DNA of 64,000 nt from Caecitellus pseudoparvulus (taxonomy: Eukaryota > Protista > Bigyra: Bicosoecida): the NCBI GenBank assembly GCA_965644315.1, contig CBFFRQ010000066.1:372001-436000 (forward strand), in the 5' to 3' direction. The notes beneath the pieces are model-generated. The model saw nothing but the letters and a program-made list of their open reading frames with translations, was not told where the DNA came from and did no database searches. This document shows, one piece after another, positions 34,591 to 44,221 of this stretch (position 1 is the stretch's first letter; each line of letters begins with the position of its first letter). A program made the translations under genes and the position numbers.

Positions 34591-35687
34591 ATGGTACGGC
34601 GCACGTAGGCCCCTGCAGGGTCAATGCCTGCCTCATGTCGCCAATCATGCTGCTCATTCCTCCATCATTCTCAGAAGTACGCTTTCATGGGCAACCGGGA
34701 CGTCCCGGACTGGCTACTGGCAGAGGTAGCCACGCTGTCCCGAATCGCAAGTGCAGTGCACCAGGTTGAGACGCAGGCCTTTGCCCCCCTCCTCGTGACG
34801 CCTTGCCCACTGTCCATTGCAGACGTGTGTGCGGCTGAAACTGATCTGCAAGCAAGTGATTGTGGACTTGATGGGCGGCAGAGTCGACTTTGACAAGGTG
34901 CGTCTGCGCTGGGCACCGAGGCCTGGTGCAGCACTCAACACTTCGCACCACCTCTGCCCGCGCCCTGTTCACACTCCAGGTGCGCAAGTTCTTGCCAGAG
35001 GAAAAGGGATTCAAACTGGGCGATGTCAAGGCTGCTGTTGCGGCAGTGCACTTCATCCTGGCCCATGCCACGCGGCACGACGTGCAGGAAGGCGTTCTGA
35101 ACGAGGAGCTGCAGCAGCTGGGCCTGCCCCGGGAGAACGCAGACGGCATCTCCCGGCCCTTCCGGGCCAATGCCGGTGCCCTGCGCAAGGCCATGACCCG
35201 GCGCACGCTGTCCCTGCCTGCCCTGGAGGCGCTGCAGTGGCGGGTGGACCTCACTCTGGCCTCTTCCCGCCTGGCCTCGGTCGCCTCGCCTGCCCTGCAC
35301 GTCAAGCTGTGCACGTCGCACTCCCTGCACACACAGCAGCCTCGCCTCACCTCACAGCAGCTCGGTGTAGCTGCGCGCCTGTCGGGCAAGGCGCCCCAGG
35401 AGGGCGGCCCGACCCCCCCTGCACACCCCTCAGACACCGCCGCCGCCGCCCTCCTGTCCGCCATGGACAAGGCGCGGGCTTCCCTGGCAGCCTTGGGCAC
35501 TCCAGCAGGCCACCTGACCGAAGTGCCTTCCGCTGCTCCCACCGCGGCTGGCTGGCGGGGTGAAACGCACCACATGGTGATCACGCACGACAAGCTGCTG
35601 GGCCTGCTGTCCGAGCTGCGCACGGCCCGACAGCTCATGCAGCAGGCCTCTGCGACGGTGCAGTCGGGCCCGGCAAGCGCCTCGTAG
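34591..35687 (+). CDS. COMMD4: COMM domain-containing protein 4; exons 34591-34593, 34675-34746, 34823-34897, 34980-35687
   Basis: The spliced N-terminus MKYAFMGNRDVPDWLLAEVATLSRITCVRLKLIC matches the COMMD4 pattern M(K/R)F.F.G..D.PDW.LAE..TLS. Also present are GDVKA.VA...FIL, ELQQLGLPRE and the COMM domain WRVDLTLASS...DKL..LL.EL..A..LM. Confidence 0.9.
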
Positions 35688-35717
35688 TCTCCCTGCCTGT
35701 CGCTGTCGTGTAATGCA

Positions 35718-37506
35718 TTACTTGCCCCAGGCGGAGGGGGCACCCCCTCCCTTGGCCGCCCGGGTCACTGCAGGCGCCACAGTGGTGGGGCGCAGTGCTG
35801 CGCCGTGGCCGTCCTGCAGCATGCGGAGGACGATGGCAGCCAGGTTGCGGCAGTCGTCGATGCCGCTGTGGTGCCGCCCCGTCAGTGGCAGGCCCAGCTC
35901 CTCCAGCATGCCCACCATGCCGCGCGGAGCCGAGCCGTATGCCGCCTTGAACGCCGTCTTCAAGTTGATCCACCGGGAGAACAGGTGAGTCGGCAGGCCC
36001 TCGCCGAAGTACAGGTCGATGGGCGGGTCCACTGCCTTGGCTTGCGCCGGCAGGCACTTGCGCAGGTCCCAGTCGCCACAGGTGACCAAGCACGCGATCG
36101 GGCGCCCGCCGGCGCCCACGGCATCCAGGCCCTGCCCCTCCACCCATGCCGCCCACCGCTGCAAGACGCCTGGAAACGTGTCCGCGGCATCGGTCACCTT
36201 CTGTGAGATGCCCGTCAGCTCCGTACAAAAGGGCGTCAGGGCCGGGTGGTGTGTTGGGCGCACATACGCTTGAAACTCAGACACGAGCCCACCCGATCGC
36301 AGGTCCACAACGACGCTGGGGAACTCTATGATCTCCTGCGGCGAGGGGGCGGGGCGGCCGCTTGCAGAGTCCTCGCACGTCGCCTCGAAGTCCAGCACGA
36401 TGGCGTACCGGAAGGGGCTCTTGGGCGCCCCTGCCGGCGGCCCCGCTGGCATTGGTGCGTGGCCCACGTACGAGCTGTGTGCAGGCACCTGCTCCGTCCC
36501 TGCAGCCACTACGGCAGCCCCTTCCTCGGCACTCGTTGCTGCGGCTGGTGTGCTCCCCTCCCCGGCTGCTCCTGCGCCGGCCGCAGTCTGCGCCGCGGTG
36601 GCTGCCGCATGCCAGGAAGGCAACGCGGGGCGGGACCAGCCGGCCAGCGGCGAGTGCGTCTTGGCGTCCTCCACGCGCAGGAAGAAGGCTGGATGCAGGT
36701 TTCCATCTGGTGCCGCTGGGTCCCCCACACTCAGCACGACGCCGTTGGTGGCGCGGTAAAAGCTGATGCCGTGGGCCATCGCCAGCGGCACATCGATGAA
36801 GACCAGCACCTGGCAGTTCCCCCGCAAGCCAGAGATGGCCCCTGAGTCAGCATGGCTGTCAAAGGACTCCACAAAGTGGATGTGATTGCGTGCCATGCGG
36901 GACAGACCGCTCTCCCTGCAGATGCAGAAGCGACGAGGCGTGCTTGGCGTGGTGGCTTGCGGAAACAGCTCCCCACGCACTTGATGAACTCCCACGCCTG
37001 CAGGTACGTCCCATGGCAGCACATGGGCAGCTCCTCAGGGCTCTTGATCTCAACAAGAAGCTTATCAGTGTCCACACCCTGCACAGAGCGCCCTCCGCAA
37101 CCAGGGAGTGCTTCACAGTGTTGGTTCCTGGCCTGCGCTGTCGCAGCAACCCACCTCGATGGAGTGCCCCTGCACGGCGCGGATGTACTCCACACCGCCT
37201 TCCCGCATGATCTCGTATCGCTTCTTGTCGTTCGTCTCCACGATCTGCCGAATGGGGGCACGCAGCAAAGTGGTGGGCCGCATCCTGCCCAGCTGTGCCG
37301 TGCCAGGCACTCACATGCACCATCTCCTCGCGAGTGGCCCCGTGCTTCGTCATCGCCGAGCACCTCAGCAGATCCTTCATCTTCACGTAGCCATCGCTGC
37401 GAATGTCCACGCCGACAGAGGGTGCCCCGTGCCGCAGGACCCAGCTGGCAGCCTTGCCCACGGCCTTGTGCCGCTTTGGGTGCATGTCAGTGCCAGTCGA
37501 CGCCAT
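35718..37506 (-). CDS. Fusion of tRNA 2'-phosphotransferase (Tpt1/KptA) and ERI1-family DEDDh 3'-5' exoribonuclease; exons 37506-37315, 37244-37155, 37078-36981, 36915-35718
   Basis: Tpt1 motifs SWVLRHGA, DGYV, NDKKRY, IRAVQGHS, HGT, GLSRMARNHIHF and NGVVL. In the same exon and frame follow the ERI1 motifs VLDFEATC, EIIEFP, YVRP...LTPFCTELTGI, TCGDWDL, WINLK and GRHHSGIDDCRN. Three GT-AG introns keep the frame. Confidence 0.9.
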
Positions 37507-38061
37507 GCTGAGTCGGCAGTTCACGAGCACTTGAACAGTCAATAGCTCACGAGTGACCCTGCTCAAGCTATCAGGACTTGGGTGGTGAGTTATATTTTGC
37601 GCAGCTTGCACTTGCCGCCTCCTTGCCCCACGGTGGGTATAGGCCGGCAACCTGCTGTCGCTGGTATCACGGGCGAAACGCCCGCTCACATGCCATGTCA
37701 CTTCAGCAGCCAACAAAACACGCGTCCAACGAAAATCTTCGGAAAGGAGGGGAAAACTGACACAAGTTCCCCTGACCAAGAGTCCTTGAACGTGCTGCTC
37801 TCAACTCTTGCCGTTCCTCGCTAGCAGCGCGGGTGGTGGCCCCTCTTCCCAGCCTTACCCTTCTCACACAGCCCTCGTGCGATGTCAAGTGCCCTGCGTC
37901 CTATACGCGCGAGAAACGAGTGAAAGTACGCAGATTATCCTGTGGAAGCCTCCACTTGCCTCGAGTCTGCCCAAAGCAGCACGCCTACGACGCTGATGCG
38001 GAGGACGGCGGCAGGCCGCATGTGGTGCAGCAGCGATCACTTGCCACTACAACGTGGCTCC

Positions 38062-41000
38062 ATGTGCTGCCATAACCTGGCTTCTTCGAGCCCCGCTAAG
38101 ACTGCACGTCAAGGTTGCCTTGTTTTACTCCTTGCCGCTTGCCTTGTTTGGGGTGCAGCAGGCCGCGAACTGCCCCGGGGAGCGCAGCCGGTTCCCATCC
38201 GGCCTGGGCCGCGCCACCTGACAGCTACAGGCGTTGCAAACATCTCCTCCCTGAACCTGCACACGTGTGCGCTGATGCTGGACGGTGGAGTCATTTGTTG
38301 GGGCAAGGGGTCATATGGGAGGCTTGGCTATTCGTCCACAGCTGACATTGGCGACGATGAAGCGCCTCGGTCCGTAGGGGAGGTGGACCTGGGCGTTGGC
38401 CGCTCCGCAACGCAAGTCTCAGCAGGGCGAGAGCATACATGTGCTCTTCTGGATGACTCAACTGTGAGGTGTTGGGGGCGTGGGGATGACGGGCGCTTGG
38501 GACTTGCTTCCGAAACGCACATTGGGGACAACGAGAGTCCCGGCAGTGCGGCAGTGGTCGCTCTGGGAGCCGGCCGAGTCCCTGTCTTCGTGGGAGCTGG
38601 AGGGGCCCACACGTGCACACTCCTTGCAAATGGCCATGTGCTATGTTGGGGGTGGGCATTTCAGGGCCAGACTGGCTACGGAAACGGGCTGGACATTGGA
38701 GACGATGAGCACCCTTCATCCGTTTCCCCGCTGAACTTTGGAGTGGCAGCCGTACAGCTGACAGTTGGGGACGGGCACAGCTGCGTCCTGCTAGCAAACG
38801 ATGACGTCAAGTGCTGGGGTAACAATGCCTATGGTCAGCTCGGGTACGGCCACACAAACACAATTGGGGACAACGAAGCGGCAACGTCTGTCGGAGCGGT
38901 GTCAATTGGCGCCTCGCGCACCGCAGTCCAGCTCGACGCAGGCGGCACCCACACGTGTGCCTTGCTCTCTGTCGGGACTGTTCTTTGTTGGGGGTCTGGA
39001 ACAGATGGAAAGCTTGGAAATGGCAACACGAATTCGATTGGCGACGACGAAGCACCATCCACGCAGAGCCCCATCAGCGTCGGAGTTGGTCGAACCGCTG
39101 TGAAAGTGATCACTGGCGCTTACCACACTTGCGTGGAGCGTGATGATGGAACTTTCCAGTGTTGGGGAGACAGTGACTATGGACAGCTCGGGTATGGTGT
39201 CACTGGAGACGTGGGCGACAACGAAGCGCCTTCAACGAAAGGGGCGATCTCCATTGGAGCTGGGAGAACAGTGCGTGAAGCCACCGGCGGGTTCGAGCAC
39301 ACCTGTGCCATCCTCGACACATTTGAAGTGAGGTGCTGGGGAAAGTACCTGAACGGGCGCATAGGGCAGCGCGCAGAGCACATTGGGGACGATGAACTCC
39401 CATCATCAGTGCCCGTCGTTGACCTTTTCGTGGCCCCCAGCCCCTCGGCCACTGCAAGTCCGACGCAATCGTCCAGTCCCACACGCACTCCCACGCCGAC
39501 AAGGACGCCGACAGGCACGCCTACGTCCATGACGTCGACATCAGACGCCCACACGCCACATCACCACGCCGAGCACGGACGTCCGTCACAGGCTCGCCCT
39601 CGACGTCCAGCGTGATCCACGGCAGCAGTCCCAGCACGTCACTCCCCATCAAGCCGATGCAAGGACGCTTCGAGCAGCCAAAGTCCGTCTACTTCAAGCA
39701 CAGTCACACAGACAGCATCCAGTACGCCCACGTCGTCACGTACGCCCACCCCCACACGTACGCCTACCCCGTCATGGACGCCCTCCACGTCACTGACTCC
39801 CACCTCATCACTGACGCCCACCCCGTCACGCACGCCCACCCCCACACGTACGCCTACCCCGTCATGGACGCCCTCCACGTCACTGACTCCCACCTCATCA
39901 CTGACGCCCACCCCCACACGCACGCCTACCCCGTCATGGACGCCCTCCACGTCACTGACTCCCACCTCATCACTGACGCCCACCCCCACACGCACGCCTA
40001 CCCCGTCATGGACGCCCTCCACGTCACTGACTCCCACCTCATCACTGACGCCCACCCCGTCACGCACGCCCACCCCATCAAGGACGCCTACCCCATCATG
40101 GACGCCCACCCCATCGACATCAAAGTCAAGTGGTGCCTCAGCGCAAAGCACCCCAAGCTCTTCCATGTCCAGCACTGCCACACAATCAGCAACCAAAACT
40201 GCCACTTCTACTTCAACACCATCGGCGTCAGTGGGCACATCGCCATCGGGCACACGCTCATCGTCCCCCACAGCATCACGCTCGGCCAGTGTGTCAGGCA
40301 CAGCTGCTGCGAGTGGCACACCATCGGCGTCAGTGGGCACATCGCCATCCGGCACACGCTCATCGTCCCCCACAGCATCACGCTCGGCCAGTGTGTCAGG
40401 CACAGCTGCTGCGAGTGGCACACCATCGGCATCAGTGGGCGCATCGCCATCCGGCACACGCTCATCGTCCCCCACAGCATCACGCTCGGCCAGTGTGTCA
40501 GGCACAGCTGCTGCGAGTGGCACACCATCGGCATCAGTGGGCGCATCGCCATCCGGCACACGCTCATCGTCCCCCACAGCATCACGCTCGGCCAGTGTGT
40601 CAGGCACAGCTGCTGCGAGTGGCACACCATCGGCATCAGTGGGCGCATCGCCCTCCAGCACACGCTCATCGTCCCCCACTGCATCATGCTCGGCCAGTGT
40701 GTCAGGCACAGTTGCTGCGAGTGGCACACCATCGGCATCAGTGGGCGCATCGCCATCTGGCACACGCTCATCGTCCCCCACAGCATCATGCTCGGCCAGT
40801 GTGTCAGGCACAGTTGCTGCGAGTGGCACACCATCGGCGTCAGTGGGCGCATCGCCCTCCAGCACACGCTCATCATCGCCGACTGCTTCGTCCGTTTCAA
40901 TTCTCCGATCAACTACTCCCACCCCCGTGGCATCTCCATCACCCTCAGCGCCCATTGCAGCAGGCTCGAGTTGGGCCTGGCAAGTGGGGACTGCAGGAAC

Positions 41001-43665
41001 CCCGTCTTCTGCCTTTCATCTTGCGTTTCCTGGCTCGGCCACGTGCCATGCCGGATGTGACAGTGCTGCCACAGCACAGCTGCTTCCTTGTCCGCGCCGA
41101 GGTGCTTGTGCAGTGTCCACAACCTTGACAGGCATCACTGGCTGCGCTCCAGGCCATTCAGGGGCGGCTTGTGGCACTTGCATCCGCGGTTGGGCAGCCA
41201 CGTCCCCTTGTTCAGTTTGTGAGCAGTGCCCCGAGACTGGTGTCTCTCCAATAGCTGCAAGCATCGGATTTGTTGCCATCCAGGCCATCATGGCTCTTGC
41301 CTTGGCTGTCTTTGCTCTCCACCAGTACGCCAAGTCTCCTGAAAACCTCACCACCAGCCTTTTCTCGGGTGGATTGAGGATCATGCTGTGGTTCATTGGC
41401 ATATCTGCGCAGATCGCCATTCTTGCCCCTTCAGGTCCAGACTCTCTCCAAGCGTCAGCACACTCCCTGCATCGGTGGGCAGGCGCATGTGAGCTGGCCA
41501 GGCCGTGGGCGGGCCAACCCACCGCAAATCTGAATGGCACGCTGTATACTCGCGATGCTGACACTGAATCGGCTGGTACAAGTGGCATGGCTGTGCTCTC
41601 TGCCATCACAGGCTCCAGCAGCTTGGCAAGCTTGCCTTCTGTGGCGTGTGCCGCAGGTGGTGGCGACCCATCCAGTCCAGACAACGCTGGCAACTTGTTC
41701 ATGGTCGCGCTAGGCGCCTTCCTGCTCCTGGCTTCGGCAATGACGCTGGGTCTTACCAAGCCTGCAGCCAACGCAGCGCGTGGTGTGTGGTGCAGTGTGT
41801 TGCTGTTGCTTCCAGCAGCTGCATACGTCCGCCTGCTGCCAGCTCTGCTGCAGCTGCACGCCGAGTTGGTTGGCTTGCGGCCACAACATGAGGCACTGGC
41901 TGACGCCAACACACCAGCTGGTACCATGAAGGCAGCTACTCCCTTCATCTTTCCGCTTGTGCTGCACATTCTTGCAGGCTGCGTGGGATTCGTCGCCTTC
42001 ATGGCTTGGCGGCAGTGGCGAGGAGCGAGCACAGCTGCATTGCGAGGCGCCACGGTGCGTGGCTTCCTGTCCAACGGTTACCGCATCCAGATGACGCCAG
42101 TGCAAGCTCGGAACCTTGTGGCTCATGCAGGCGGCGATAAGAGCAGTGTCATCGCGGAGGCTGCTGTCGCTGAGGCTGAGCAAGCCCAGGCAGCATGCTG
42201 GGGCTTCGCATGGCTGCTGCCCACACACACATTCCTTGCGATGCAGACCACACTTGTCGCTGTCGTGGCATGTGTCACATGGCTATCCACTGAAATCATG
42301 CTCCGCCTGTGCATGGTGGGTGGCGTGGTGCTGGGTAGCCTGCTCCTCGTGCGGTGGCGGCGGCCCTGGTGTCTGGAAGAGCTGACAGACCTGGACGTCA
42401 TGGCCCATGGCGGCATCCTGCTGCAGGTGATCCTGGTGGGCGTGAACAGCCTCCGCCCACCTGCAGGTGTGCGGGGAGTCACAGATGCTCTGCTGTATAT
42501 TTCACAAGGCGTCATCCTGCTGGCCATTCTGCTGGTGGTGGTGCGTGGGTACAGCTCTGCGGCACGGTCAGTGCTGGCTCGAGTTGGAGCCCGGATCCGG
42601 GCTCTGCTGCCTGAGCTGGGCAGTGCGGACAGTGCAGGGGACAGCACCGTGGGACAGATCGTGGACAGTCGAGTGCCGACTCTCGTGGACATTGCATCAG
42701 CCCTGGCGCAGCGACTGGCGAGGTGTGGTCGCATCCAGCCAGCCGCCCCACGCGCCGCCACCAGCTTGAGCACTGTGCTATCATTCCCTCGTGGCGTGGC
42801 GGGGCGGAGTGGACTTGGTAGTCCACGTAGCGATGCTGATGCCGTGCTGCAGGCTTTAGGTCCAAGGGGAGCCGCCCTCGTCTCCGTGGCATCCAGGCCA
42901 AAAGAAAGTGCATCAAGGTCGCCTTCTGCGCCTATATCTGCAGACCCCGGGCGTAGAGGACAAGCGCAGGCCAGATCACTCGGCCGATCACAGTTCGGCC
43001 ATGCCATGAAGGCACAGCCAGCATCCCTGCTGGATCTGCAAAACAGCTCAGATCACCCAATCACTGAGGCAAGCATGGGTGGTGCAACAACCACCAACCC
43101 ACTTCGCGCAGTGAAGCGAGCCCACACTTCCAGGGCCAGTGTGACAGGGAACTTGCAAGCAAGACCGTCAAATACTGAACAGCATCAGCTACAGGATGGA
43201 AAAGAAGTGCGGAATGATTGTGGGGCTCGGCTTGTAGCTGATTTGCCACCGAGCGCCAGGGGCGCAAGCGAGCGACCTGCGGACTTGCCACCGATGAGCG
43301 GGGAAGCAAGCGAGCGGCCTGCGGATTTGCCTTCACAGCTGCAGCAGCAAAGTACCCTCTCAGCTTTGGCTGGGGTCGTTCCACCAGCACGGGGGGGCGC
43401 TTTTGGCAAGCATACACGTCAAGAAGCGGGGGCAGACGAGGCAAGCCTGAGTCAACGGCGGCGCAGCCACCGCTTGAGTGTTGGCCAGATGGCAGCCATG
43501 GCTGATCTTGCCGAACAACGACTCCAGCGCAAGAGCTCCTTAGCTGAGGGGCGCTCGTTGGACTCCCGCGGCCGCATTTCCTTCTCTGGCTCCACTCGGC
43601 GCCGCTCTTCCGCCGCCAGTCGCAGGAGCAGCGCCGCAAGGCGAACCAGCTCTGCAAAAGGCTGA
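38062..43665 (+). CDS. Receptor-like protein: signal peptide, 7 RCC1/BLIP-II repeats, Ser/Thr/Pro mucin stalk, Cys-rich region, ~7-8 TM helices, long cytoplasmic tail; local frame disruption at ~39530-39660
   Basis: Hydrophobic leader [16 protein letters not shown]. Seven H(T/S)C.....G...CWG....G.LG.....(I/V)GD(D/N)E.P repeats. ORFs 37942-39615 and 40165-43665 are in the same frame, separated only by TGA at 39613-39615, and TPTP/STS coding continues across it. Motif [16 protein letters not shown].....C..CP precedes multiple hydrophobic segments. Confidence 0.75.
39735..40110 (+). repeat. Coding tandem repeats (~72-90 nt units) encoding [18 protein letters not shown]
   Basis: CCCCGTCATGGACGCCCTCCACGTCACTGACTCCCACCTCATCACTGACGCCCACCCC recurs four times. 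Confidence 0.85.
40217..40880 (+). repeat. 102-nt tandem coding repeat (~6.5 copies) encoding TPSASVG(T/A)[13 protein letters not shown](R/C)SASVSGT(A/V)AASG
   Basis: CACCATCGGC(G/A)TCAGTGGGC at 40217, 40319, 40421, 40523, 40625, 40727 and 40829. Confidence 0.9.
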
Positions 43666-44221
43666 TGCGTTGGTCGTCGGCAGGGGAATTCCTGCATGTT
43701 GCGTCAGCTGCTGCTGCTCAGTGCGCCACTTGAGAAGTGAAGCATTTTGCGAATGGGACGTCGTTTGGCAGATTTGAGCGTGATCGTTTTGCACTTCCCA
43801 CACAGCTGGCGCCCCCTCCCCATTTCACGCCCAATCTAGCGATCGAAGGGGCACCTGGCTTCTGGCTCAGCGCTCAGCAGCGTCTTGTCACGTCCCCTAC
43901 CTTGCAATGCACGCCAATACCTTTCGTCCCGAGCTGTCCCTTCCCCGAGCACCTGTGAGAGCTGCCATCCGAATGACCCTGCATCCCTGAAGCCTTCTCA
44001 AAACAAAACTTTCAGCTCAGTATTGTGCCGATCAGCCCAGTTCTCTTCCCATCCCACACTTTGCACGGCGGGCTCCTCGACGCACAGACTGGGCCAGTCC
44101 GAGCTGGCGTTGGGGTTCGCCAAGCCAGCTTCATGTGCGGCGTGGGGGTCTGAGCGAGATTCGCCCGAGGGTTGGCTAGTTCAGGTATTGGAGTCAGGCA
44201 GTTCTACTCAGAGCACGGGGC

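Noticed and set aside
39639-40955. 438-aa antisense ORF rich in DGVGV, plus His-rich alternative-frame ORFs (39612-41060, 40130-41128)
   Set aside because: These are shadow frames of the Ser/Thr/Pro tandem repeats in the RCC1 receptor gene.
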